The notes under the pieces are model-generated. The model was not told the origin of the DNA, did no database searches, and saw nothing but the letters and a program-made list of their open reading frames with translations. Source: Gemmatimonadales bacterium (GTDB lineage: Bacteria > Gemmatimonadota > Gemmatimonadetes > Gemmatimonadales > GWC2-71-9). Taken from it: 64,000 bases of DNA. This document shows, piece after piece, positions 48,006 through 56,968 of the stretch. Positions within the stretch are counted from its first letter, which is position 1, and every line of letters begins with the position of its first letter. The stretch is taken from positions 32,001 through 96,000 of the forward strand of contig JBFJCP010000002.1 of the NCBI GenBank assembly GCA_041615815.1. The letters are read 5' to 3'. The translations under genes and the position numbers were made by a program.

Positions 48006-49395
48006 CGTCGGTTCCTCCACCCTTTCCGTCATCCCCTTCAAGCCAGCGATGGACTGTTCTTCGGCTCACCCCAGCGACTCGCGCGGCCTGCGAGACGTTC
48101 CCACCCGTATGCTCCAGAAGGTGTCGCACGTACCGACCTTGAAAAATCCTCACCGCCTGCGCACGCGCCTCGTCATAGGGACGCGGTGGTGCATCGAGGG
48201 TGTCGGCAAGCATCCGGCTTCCCGGACGAAGGGCTTCCGGGAGATCGGCCAGCGTGATGCGACCGTCACTGTCGAGCACGATGAGCCGCTCAGCGAGATT
48301 GCGAAGCTCACGGACGTTCCCCGGCCAGCGGTGAGCTTCGAGTGCATCCCACACTTCGGGTGATACCAGCGGTGGTTCCTTCCCAAGTTCCGCGGCGGAT
48401 TGGACGAGGAACTTCTGAGCCAACATGACTATATCCCCACCGCGCTCCCTGAGTGGCGGTAGCCGAAGCGGAACGACGTTCAGCCGGTAATAAAGGTCCT
48501 CCCGGAATCGTCCCGCCGCTACCGCTGCCTCAAGGTCGGTGCTGGTGGCGGCGACCAATCGAATATCGATGTCGATCAGAGCCGAACTCCCCAAACGGCG
48601 GATCTCCCGTTCTTCGAGCGCTCGCAGCAGTTTGGATTGGAGACCGAGCGTGAGCTCGGCGAATTCGTCGAGGAAAACGGTTCCACCATTACCCTCTTCC
48701 AACAGACCGGTCTTGCGGCCAACGGCCCCCGTGAACGCTCCACGTTCATACCCGAACAGTTCGCTCTCCATCAGGCCCTCGGGCAAGGCTGCACAATCCA
48801 CCGGGACGAACGGCGATTCCCGCCGGGTACCGTGTGTGTGGAGATAGCGTGCAATCAGTTCCTTCCCCGTGCCACTCTCACCGGATAGCAAGACATTGGC
48901 ATCGGTCGGAGCAACTTTGCGGACCTGATCCATGAGGGTCTGAAATGCTGCGCTCGATCCCACGATCTCATCCACGCGACTGCCCCGTGCTATCTGTTCC
49001 CGCAGAGCGAGGTTTTCGATGGCGAGCCCGCGATGCCGAATGGCCCGCTGGACGGCCACCTCCAACTGATCTCCGGAAAACGGTTTAGTGATGTAGTCGA
49101 AGGCACCCTCGCGTATGGCGGAGACGGCGGATGCCACGGACCCAAACGCCGTCATGATGATGACCGCAACCGTCGGATCGTCCGCCAGGGCAGCGGTCAG
49201 CACCGTCATCCCGTCCACATCGGGCATCCGGAGATCGAGTAGCAGAACATCGGGCTGATAGTCTCGCAACACCTCCCGTACCCGGGCCGCGTCCGAAAGA
49301 GTTCGACACCGGTGCCCGTGACGGGCCAGCAGACGCTCGCAGTTCTCGAGCATCGCGGGCTCATCATCCACGATCAGGACTCGCGCTCGGTCCAT
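47998..49395 (-). CDS. Sigma54-dependent response regulator (NtrC/AtoC family)
   Basis: Receiver; GESGTGKE, ESELFGYERGAFTGA, FREDLYYRLNV, WPGNVREL; Fis-type HTH. Confidence 0.95.
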   Translation of the reverse strand: MDRARVLIVDDEPAMLENCERLLARHGHRCRTLSDAARVREVLRDYQPDVLLLDLRMPDVDGMTVLTAALADDPTVAVIIMTAFGSVASAVSAIREGAFDYITKPFSGDQLEVAVQRAIRHRGLAIENLALREQIARGSRVDEIVGSSAAFQTLMDQVRKVAPTDANVLLSGESGTGKELIARYLHTHGTRRESPFVPVDCAALPEGLMESELFGYERGAFTGAVGRKTGLLEEGNGGTVFLDEFAELTLGLQSKLLRALEEREIRRLGSSALIDIDIRLVAATSTDLEAAVAAGRFREDLYYRLNVVPLRLPPLRERGGDIVMLAQKFLVQSAAELGKEPPLVSPEVWDALEAHRWPGNVRELRNLAERLIVLDSDGRITLADLPEALRPGSRMLADTLDAPPRPYDEARAQAVRIFQGRYVRHLLEHTGGNVSQAARVAGVSRRTVHRWLEGDDGKGGGTDDA

Positions 49396-51689
49396 GCAGT
49401 CTCCTGGAGCGGCAGGGGCAAAGACACCACGAAGCGGGTCCCGCCATGCGCTCGGTCTTCCACCCAAATCTCACCATCATGTCGGTCAATGATGCTCCGA
49501 CAGACGGCGAGCCCCAACCCGGTGCCGCGACCCGAGGTCTTCGTTGTGAAGAATGGCTCAAAAATCCGGTGACGCAGTTCCTCCGGCACGCCGGAACCTG
49601 TGTCATCCACGATGATCTCCACCGCGCTGCGATCGGCTGATCGTCGAATGGTGAGCGTCACCTTGCCGCCCGACGGTGTGGCGTCCGCCGCGTTCAAGAG
49701 CAGGTTGAGGCATACGGTCTCGATCGCGGGCTCACTTCCCGAGACTTGCGGCAGCCCCTCAGCGATCTCGGCATCCAGACCGATGTTTCGAGAGGAAAAC
49801 GTTCGTTCGAGGACACGCGCGAGTCGGGCGGCAACATTATCGAGCGCCACAAGTCCCCATTCGTTGGATTCCTGATTGCGAGCGAGACTCAAGAGATCGC
49901 GCGTGACCTCACCAAGTCTTCCCACATGTTCTCGCAACACCGAAAGATCACGAACCAGGAAATCCCCATCCTCATCCGAGCACCGCTGACGGATCTCATC
50001 TTCCATGCACTCGAGACGGTTTCCGATGACTGCAATCGGGTTGTTGAGCTCGTGCGCAATCCCGGCCGCCATGACACTCACAGCGGCGATCCGCTCCGAA
50101 CGCCGCAAGTGCTCTTCCAGACGCTTCTGATCCCGGGTATCGCGAAGAATAAGAGAGTAACCAAAAGGTTCTCCATCCTGATCGCGAATCAGCGTTTGGG
50201 TCAAGCTCAGTGCGATGCGTTCTCCGTCCTTCGATTTTCTCTCCGTGTTGAGGTTGACCACCGCACCGCGTCGTTCGACCTCACGCGCGATGTACCGTTG
50301 CTCGGCCGACGGACCGCTCGAGAGCAGATCAGCGACGTTTCGGTTCAGCGCTTCGGCGGCCTTGTACCCGAAGAGCTCTTCGGCACCCCGGTTCCACACC
50401 CGAACACGTTGGTCCAAGTCCAGGCCGATGATGGCGTCTGCCGAGCGTTCGAGGATGTGTGACAGTTCCGCGTGCGTTTGGCGAAGCGCCTGCGTGCGCT
50501 CTTCGACCAAGCCCTCCAGGTTCTGCCGATGTGCCGTGAGCTGATCCGCCATGGCAGTGAATTCCGCAGCGAGATCCTCCAGCTCATCGTTGGTCTCGAC
50601 GCGCACCGGGATGGTCAACTGGCCCCGAGCGAGACGTTCGGCGCTGCGGCGCAGCCGATAGATCGGCTCCGTGAATTGGCGCGCACCCACCGTCGCGAGC
50701 CCGATGACCGCCCCTAGCATGATCAGCGCGCCCAGTGATACCCATCGGCGAAAGTCCACCACGGAAGCCTCAAGCTGCGAGAGCGGGACGATCCGATAGA
50801 GCACGGGCGCGGGTGCGCCGGTCGCCGTTGTCCACAGTGGGAGAAACCGAACGATGGCACTGTCAGCAGCTTCGAACGTTCCGCTCGCCCCGGCCCGCAG
50901 TGCACGCGCGATGTCTTCCGAAAGCTCGTCTGCGAGGTCTACCTCGTCTCTTGATGCTAACAGGCTGCCCCAGTCGCGCTTGCGGGACGAGTGATAGAGA
51001 TACAAACCATCTGAGCCGATGAGCCCTGTCGTACCCTGAAGGCTGGGGGAACCGTCTTCGATGCCGTCGAACAGCACTGTCGCATACGCTTCACCCACGA
51101 CCGCGCCGGCCAGTACGCTATCGGGTTCATGAACTGGAACGACCACGGCGATCGCCGGAATCGTAGCCAACGTCGAGTCCGCCTCCACATCGGCGCGCAA
51201 TTCGATGGGCAGAACCAGAGTGCTGCCCGGCCCCAACGCAGCAGCCTGAGCGGCGTAGTAGAATCCGCTCCCATCCCCCTCCGATCCGCCAACACGGCCG
51301 TGGTCTGCGCTTCGCACGAAGCGTAAAACGCCATTTTCGTCGACGACTTTGATCTGGAAGAGCGACGGATGTCCGCCGAGAAACACCTGTAACCAAGCTT
51401 CCGCCATCGCCCACTCCCTCGTCGTGGCACCCATCAGGAGCGGGCGGAACAGGACCGCAGCGAGAAACTCCACATCCCGCTCGACTTGTTGAAGACGCCC
51501 GGCGGTCTGCTGCTGCGCCAATTCGAGATCATGTTCTAGCGTCGTCGTTGCCGTGACGCGTAACTGCCGTGAAAACATCTGGGTGGCGAACAACGCTGCA
51601 CCTGCCAGCGGCACAATCGCCAGGAGCGCGAACGCGATCGCCAGCTTGAGACGGATCGAGAGACGGGGAAAGAGTTTGTTAATATTCAT
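49374..51689 (-). CDS. Sensor histidine kinase (periplasmic sensor, HAMP, PAS, HisKA)
   Basis: Two TMs, HAMP, PAS, AHELNNP, FEPFFTTK, GTGLGL. Confidence 0.93.
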   Translation of the reverse strand: MNINKLFPRLSIRLKLAIAFALLAIVPLAGAALFATQMFSRQLRVTATTTLEHDLELAQQQTAGRLQQVERDVEFLAAVLFRPLLMGATTREWAMAEAWLQVFLGGHPSLFQIKVVDENGVLRFVRSADHGRVGGSEGDGSGFYYAAQAAALGPGSTLVLPIELRADVEADSTLATIPAIAVVVPVHEPDSVLAGAVVGEAYATVLFDGIEDGSPSLQGTTGLIGSDGLYLYHSSRKRDWGSLLASRDEVDLADELSEDIARALRAGASGTFEAADSAIVRFLPLWTTATGAPAPVLYRIVPLSQLEASVVDFRRWVSLGALIMLGAVIGLATVGARQFTEPIYRLRRSAERLARGQLTIPVRVETNDELEDLAAEFTAMADQLTAHRQNLEGLVEERTQALRQTHAELSHILERSADAIIGLDLDQRVRVWNRGAEELFGYKAAEALNRNVADLLSSGPSAEQRYIAREVERRGAVVNLNTERKSKDGERIALSLTQTLIRDQDGEPFGYSLILRDTRDQKRLEEHLRRSERIAAVSVMAAGIAHELNNPIAVIGNRLECMEDEIRQRCSDEDGDFLVRDLSVLREHVGRLGEVTRDLLSLARNQESNEWGLVALDNVAARLARVLERTFSSRNIGLDAEIAEGLPQVSGSEPAIETVCLNLLLNAADATPSGGKVTLTIRRSADRSAVEIIVDDTGSGVPEELRHRIFEPFFTTKTSGRGTGLGLAVCRSIIDRHDGEIWVEDRAHGGTRFVVSLPLPLQETAWTERES

Positions 51690-51879
51690 ACGGACCAGTT
51701 ACCAACGAGCATGGGCGGCGTCCAGCGAGTGACAGGGTCTCCTCGAACAAGGCAAAAAGCGTCGTTGTCATCGTGAAGCTTTTATGAAGTTGACGTGAGC
51801 AACGGCTCTTGCGAGTTGATCGCCTTCACTACCCGAGACACATTGGTGCACGCTCCAATTCATCGATCGGCCGAGATCC

Positions 51880-52611
51880 ATGACGACGTGTCCGCAGTGT
51901 CATCAGCAAACTCGAGACGGGGTCTGCCCGCGTTGCAACCGGCGCACGACGCGCTCGTGTGCGACCTGCGGCTCCCCACTGGATGCCCGGTACTCGTTTT
52001 GTCCAGCATGCGGAGCGCCGCTCGGTCGGAACCCGGGACTGCTGATACGCCGCCTCGCATGGCTCTTTGGGATCGGCGCGTTGGTGGTCGTGGTCCTCGT
52101 AGCGGCCCGCCTCTCGCGCACCCCACGGCCCACTGCGCCCGCCGCCGTGACCCGCGGCATCCCCGCACCTGACATCAGCGCCATGACCCCCCGTGAACAA
52201 GCCGATGCGCTGTTCACGCGCATCATGAATGCCAGCCGCATCCACGACACGGCGCAGATTCGTTTCTTCCGTCCCATGGCCATCGGTGCGTTTGCCTTGC
52301 TCGACTCCCTCGACCTCGACGCACGTTACCATTTGGGCCTGATCCACGTCATGACCGACGACCTGCCAGCCGCCCGGGCACAACGGGACACGCTGCTGCA
52401 AGAAGCTCCGCGTCACCTCTTGGGATTACAGCTCAGTTACGCGATCGCGCAGCGAGCCGCCGATACCACGCAGATGCGGACCGTCCTCCGAGACTTCCTC
52501 GATGCCTACGGACCCGAGTCGGCGAGCGGCCGACCGGAGTATGCAGATCACGCGGCCACTTTGCAGAACCTCCGACAGGGCGCGCTCGCGGTTCTCGACC
52601 CAACACAATAG
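51880..52611 (+). CDS. Double zinc-ribbon membrane protein
   Basis: Four CxxC pairs, one TM, helical C-domain. Confidence 0.7.
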   Translation: MTTCPQCHQQTRDGVCPRCNRRTTRSCATCGSPLDARYSFCPACGAPLGRNPGLLIRRLAWLFGIGALVVVVLVAARLSRTPRPTAPAAVTRGIPAPDISAMTPREQADALFTRIMNASRIHDTAQIRFFRPMAIGAFALLDSLDLDARYHLGLIHVMTDDLPAARAQRDTLLQEAPRHLLGLQLSYAIAQRAADTTQMRTVLRDFLDAYGPESASGRPEYADHAATLQNLRQGALAVLDPTQ

Positions 52612-52754
52612 CCAGTCCCTGTCGACCGACCAACTGTACCAAACCAACACAGGCCTGCCCCGGATCATGGCACTACGCCGCTGCGTGATCTACCTCACGT
52701 CTGCATAACTGACCATCACCGCGGCAGTTGCCGTCCTCACGTTTCAGTGCATTT

Positions 52755-52771
52755 CGGGCATCGTCGTTGCT
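52755..52771 (+). promoter_or_regulatory. Putative sigma54 (-24/-12) promoter
   Basis: GGGCATCGTCGTTGCT: GG-N10-GC with TTGCT, about 50 bp before the lipoprotein ATG. Confidence 0.55.
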
Positions 52772-52822
52772 TCTCCTCCCCATCGGTTGACATCTCGATA
52801 ACACAGAACATGGGAGAGAACG

Positions 52823-53584
52823 ATGAAGACCACGAGCCTTACACTGATGGCGGGGATCGCCCTGCTGGCCGCGTGCAGCGACAGCACGGCCCCCGCAGCG
52901 CCGGGAGCGACACAGGTATCGCTATCCTTCTCCGCCGGGCCGAGCGCTCAACCGGCACCTGTCCAAGCCATGCGGGCCCCTTCATCCGATACGTTGTCGG
53001 ACGGACAGAACCAACTCATCCTGAGCAGCGTCGAGGTGGTGCTGCGCGAGATCGAGCTCAAACGCGTGGAGATCGTGGATTGTGACGTCGAGCCCGAGCC
53101 CGATGGGTGCGAAAAGTTCGAAACCGGACCGATGCTCGTCTCGCTACCGCTCGATGGATCGGTCATGCTCGCCATGACCATCGACGTCGATCCTGCCAGC
53201 TACGACGAGGTGGAGTTCGACATTCACAAAGTGAGCAGCGGTGATCCCGAGGATGCGGCTTTCCGGACTCAGCATCCAGACCTGATCGACACGAGCATCC
53301 GGGTGCGCGGGACCTATAACGGTGCGGACTTCACCTACGTGACCGACCTCATGGACGAGCAACGGTATGACCTCATTCCTGCGCTCGTCATCACCGAGGG
53401 CAGCACGGCGGCCAACGTCACGCTTCACCTCGACGTGTCCAGGTGGTTCCGGGATGCAGCCGGAGCCCTCGTGGATCCAGCGAGCGCCAACAAAGGCGAG
53501 GTCAACGAGAACCTCGTGACTGACAACATCAAGAACTCGATCGATGCGTTCGAAGACGGCGATCGGGATGGCGATCGTAACTAG
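52823..53584 (+). CDS. Acidic lipoprotein (DUF4382-like)
   Basis: LLAAC lipobox, beta-rich, Asp/Glu-rich. Confidence 0.7.
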   Translation: MKTTSLTLMAGIALLAACSDSTAPAAPGATQVSLSFSAGPSAQPAPVQAMRAPSSDTLSDGQNQLILSSVEVVLREIELKRVEIVDCDVEPEPDGCEKFETGPMLVSLPLDGSVMLAMTIDVDPASYDEVEFDIHKVSSGDPEDAAFRTQHPDLIDTSIRVRGTYNGADFTYVTDLMDEQRYDLIPALVITEGSTAANVTLHLDVSRWFRDAAGALVDPASANKGEVNENLVTDNIKNSIDAFEDGDRDGDRN

Positions 53585-53617
53585 ACAGGGCCGAGGGGTC
53601 ACATAAGGGCAGCACGA

Positions 53618-53648
53618 GACGTCGCCCGGCCACTTGCCGGGCGACGTC
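53618..53648 (+). terminator. Perfect 13-bp hairpin after the lipoprotein gene
   Basis: GACGTCGCCCGGC-CACTT-GCCGGGCGACGTC. Confidence 0.5.
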
Positions 53649-53707
53649 GTTCGTGTCTACCATAGAACAAGCCGCCCCATCCAAGAACCCGCTCAGCGAG
53701 GAACGAC

Positions 53708-54670
53708 ATGGCGACAACTCGTGGGTTGTGGAGTTTCGCGCAAGCAGTGGCTCTCCTCGCGACCGTCGTCCTGATCGGCGCGCTCCTCGCCGTACCGGAC
53801 ACCGGGCTCAAGATTCTCTGGAACGTGTTGATTCCACTCGTTCCTGCCTCGCTCTTGATCACGCCGCACCTCTGGCGCAATGTCTGCCCGCTGGCAACGC
53901 TCAACAAGCTCGGGAACGGTCCCTGGGCCCGACGCACGCTCACCACGCGTATGGCCGCATTGGCCGGAGTCATCGCCATCGTCCTCCTCTTCGCGATGGT
54001 CCCGGCGCGCCGCTTCCTGTTCAACACCGACGGCGTCGCGCTCGCCGCGACGATCGTCGCTGTGGGCGTGCTCGCCCTCGCTCTGGGCGCCGTGTTCGAC
54101 ATGAAGGCCGGGTTCTGCAACGCGATCTGCCCGGTGCTCCCGGTAGAGCGGCTCTACGGCCAGCGACCGCTTGTCAATCTCGGCAATCCCCGTTGTCCCG
54201 CGTGCACGCACTGTACGCAGACCGGGTGTATCGATCTCAACGCAACGAAGTCCGTGGCCCAAACCCTCGGGCCGGCCCGCCGTTCCAGTGCCTGGCTCAC
54301 CACGGGATTCGGGGCCTTCGCTGCCGCGTTCCCGGGATTCGTCATGGGGTATTATGCAACCCAGGATGTGGCACTGCAGGGTGCGGGGGGTGTTTATCTG
54401 GAGGTGTTCCTGTGGGCGATCGCCAGCTACGTCCTCACGACAGCGATCGTCCGTTTCTGGGACATTCCCGCCACCCGCATGCTCCCGATGCTGGGCGGGG
54501 TCGCAGCAGCCGTGTACTATTGGTTCGCGTCACCTCTGCTCGCCGCAGGGCTCAGCCTCGCACCGCTGGAATGGCCACTCCGCATCGGGTTCTTGAGTCT
54601 CGTGGCCGCGTGGAGTTGGAGGGCGGTGCGGCATCCACCACGCGAAGCTCCGTCGCCGGCCCCATCCTGA
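53708..54670 (+). CDS. Polytopic membrane Fe-S protein (NapH/NosR/RdxA-like motifs)
   Basis: WRNVCP, FCNAICP, CPACTHC-x4-C; multiple TMs. Confidence 0.7.
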   Translation: MATTRGLWSFAQAVALLATVVLIGALLAVPDTGLKILWNVLIPLVPASLLITPHLWRNVCPLATLNKLGNGPWARRTLTTRMAALAGVIAIVLLFAMVPARRFLFNTDGVALAATIVAVGVLALALGAVFDMKAGFCNAICPVLPVERLYGQRPLVNLGNPRCPACTHCTQTGCIDLNATKSVAQTLGPARRSSAWLTTGFGAFAAAFPGFVMGYYATQDVALQGAGGVYLEVFLWAIASYVLTTAIVRFWDIPATRMLPMLGGVAAAVYYWFASPLLAAGLSLAPLEWPLRIGFLSLVAAWSWRAVRHPPREAPSPAPS

Positions 54671-54718
54671 GTCCGTGACGAGTCCGCCGCGCGTCAGCCG
54701 CCGAGTCGAGAGGCGCCC

Positions 54719-55942
54719 TTAGTGCGCGGTCACCGGCTCAGGGACCTTGGGGACGGTGCGCACGAACTGTCCGAAGTGTAGACACTCCTCCAGACGACAG
54801 GACCAGGCGAGCCGACCGTTCCACACGGTCATGTCCGGACACCCGTCGCACATGTTCTGACGCCCATCGGCCAACACGTCGATGGGTTGGATGATCATGA
54901 TAGACTGGAGGTGCAGACGCCGGAATGCGAGACGTGGGTCGACAAGCGCGCGGCGAAATGCCATCCGGATCCCACGGTCCACCGGCCAGAGCCACAACAT
55001 CGAGCGACCGCGCCGGAGCACCGACGGTGGCGAGTACGCGAGGTACCGACCCGTCCGAAGGTGATGCAACGTCTGCGCAAGCTCTACCATCTTGGGGCCG
55101 GCGTAGCCGTAGATCCGACGCGCGGTGCCGATTCGGAGAGACAGGAGCCATTTGAAGGAATCCGGTGTTTCGGTGCCGTTGAGGTAAGCGCAAGGTGAGA
55201 AGTCCGGAAATTCCTCCCGAATCTTCGCCACCACTTCCGGCGCCGTAATGTCGGTCCGCTCGTCTCCCGGCGTGAACCCGTAGGCGAGTGGACCCATGTC
55301 CACTTGCCGGCCACCGGCATAGTACTCGAAGTCCCCCGTTGGAACCGCCGTACGGAAACAGATGAACACCATGACGTGAACGATGTCGATATGTTCTTGT
55401 GCCCACCGTACGAGGTCCGGCACGGCATCGATGGTATCTTCGTAGACCGTCGAGTTGAAGGCACAACCTACTCCCCCCACCCGCGCCACCATCTCCGCGT
55501 AGCGTAACCGCAGGGCGTTGAGCTCCTGCTCGGTCTTCCCTTTCCATTTGGGACGCCCCTGCTTGCTGTCGATGTGAAACGTGAGCCCCACCAGGCCCGC
55601 CGCCTTGAGATCTCGCAACAATTCCTCGTCGAGTGCCAACCCGTTCGTATTGACGATGGGCTTCCATCCCCGCGCCGCCACCATCCGCACGATGTCCACG
55701 ATCTGCGGGTGCGTCAGCGGATCGCCTCCCGCGATGGATACGCCGTCCACCGTGCGCTGCCGCTCGAACACATCGAGGTCCGCCGAGACCGTCTCGAGCG
55801 TTTTGTGCTCGTTCACGTTGGCCCGATAACAGCCGTAACAGGCAAGATTGCATTTGGCTGTCGGCTCGAGCCACCCAATAGCATTGTCCGGCAGGCTCCA
55901 CGGAAGACGGTACAACTCTCGATGATCGAGTGTCACACTCAT
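54719..55942 (-). CDS. Radical SAM protein
   Basis: CNLACYGC, IAGGDP, NTNG; C-terminal CDGC...C...C. Confidence 0.9.
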   Translation of the reverse strand: MSVTLDHRELYRLPWSLPDNAIGWLEPTAKCNLACYGCYRANVNEHKTLETVSADLDVFERQRTVDGVSIAGGDPLTHPQIVDIVRMVAARGWKPIVNTNGLALDEELLRDLKAAGLVGLTFHIDSKQGRPKWKGKTEQELNALRLRYAEMVARVGGVGCAFNSTVYEDTIDAVPDLVRWAQEHIDIVHVMVFICFRTAVPTGDFEYYAGGRQVDMGPLAYGFTPGDERTDITAPEVVAKIREEFPDFSPCAYLNGTETPDSFKWLLSLRIGTARRIYGYAGPKMVELAQTLHHLRTGRYLAYSPPSVLRRGRSMLWLWPVDRGIRMAFRRALVDPRLAFRRLHLQSIMIIQPIDVLADGRQNMCDGCPDMTVWNGRLAWSCRLEECLHFGQFVRTVPKVPEPVTAH

Positions 55943-56276
55943 GAGTCCCTCCCCGGAGATTTGGCCGGCCGGTATCCAACGCGTGCTGCACGAAGAGCCA
56001 CTGTCACTCCGTCGTCCGATGCCGACAATTCCGACGTTGGATGGAGCTGGGCGGTGCTTGGCGGGTGAGATCCTTTGCAGGAAGGGCCTGAAGAAAGAAT
56101 GAAAAACAGCTGAATCGCGCACCCTCACGCCATTGTTACCAGACATCATCTATCGGGATTCAGGCAACACGAGACGCGGCGAAGGGCGCGGTTTGCAGCG
56201 CCACGTTTCGCTGCTGCGCTGGCCGGAAGGACTGTGAAGTCTTCATGAAACGACCGTGAAACCTCGCCCCACCCCA

Positions 56277-56321
56277 TTGACGATTTTACCACAGATTCAA
56301 ATTTTTAACAGAGATTAAAAT
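56277..56321 (+). promoter_or_regulatory. Promoter with tandem 19-bp operator repeats before TetR and the bcr operon
   Basis: TTGACG then TTTTACCACAGATTCAAAT / TTTTAACAGAGATTAAAAT (16/19 identical). Confidence 0.6.
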
Positions 56322-56341
56322 TCCGACCGGGAGCCTCGGAA

Positions 56342-56968
56342 ATGGCACGAGGTTCAGCTGAAGCTGCGCTTTCGCCCCACGTACGCAAGAAACACCGCCA
56401 ACGGCGTACCGAGATCTTGCACGCCGCACTCCGCGCATTCCGCGACAAGGGGTACCACCCCACTACACTCGAGGACATTGCGGAGTACTTGGGCGTCCGC
56501 AAGACGGCGCTCTACCACTACTTCCCGGACAAGGAGGCGATTCTCTACGAGTGCCATCGGGAGTCGCTCGCGGAGGTGGAACGACACCTCCGGGAAGCCA
56601 AGGAGCTGTTCGACGCGGCCCCGGACCGTCTCCGCTACATCATCCGCGAGCACGTGCGGGTGATGACCGAGACGCTCGAAGGCTCGCCCCTCGCCTTCGA
56701 GATCCCCGCCCTCGCACCCAAGCACCAGAGAAAGATCGTGGCTGCGCGCGACCGATATGAGCGCGGCCTACGGAGCATCATCGCTACCGGGATCGATGGC
56801 GGCGAGTTCCGCCACACCGATCCCAAGATTGCGACGTTCGCCATTCTCGGCGCCATCAATTGGATCGCGCGATGGTATCGACCCGAAGGCTCGCTGCATG
56901 CTCCTGAGCTGGGCGACGCCTTCGCCGAACACTTAGTAGGAGGTCTCACATGCCGGCGGGGACGCTAA
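56342..56968 (+). CDS. TetR family regulator (KstR2-like C-domain)
   Basis: FRDKGYHPTTLEDIA...ALYHYFPDKE; NWIARWYRPEG. Confidence 0.93.
   Translation: MARGSAEAALSPHVRKKHRQRRTEILHAALRAFRDKGYHPTTLEDIAEYLGVRKTALYHYFPDKEAILYECHRESLAEVERHLREAKELFDAAPDRLRYIIREHVRVMTETLEGSPLAFEIPALAPKHQRKIVAARDRYERGLRSIIATGIDGGEFRHTDPKIATFAILGAINWIARWYRPEGSLHAPELGDAFAEHLVGGLTCRRGR

Noticed and set aside
55990..56090. Cobalamin riboswitch (GCCACTG)
   Set aside because: Isolated heptamer on the wrong strand for the radical SAM gene; other B12-element motifs not found
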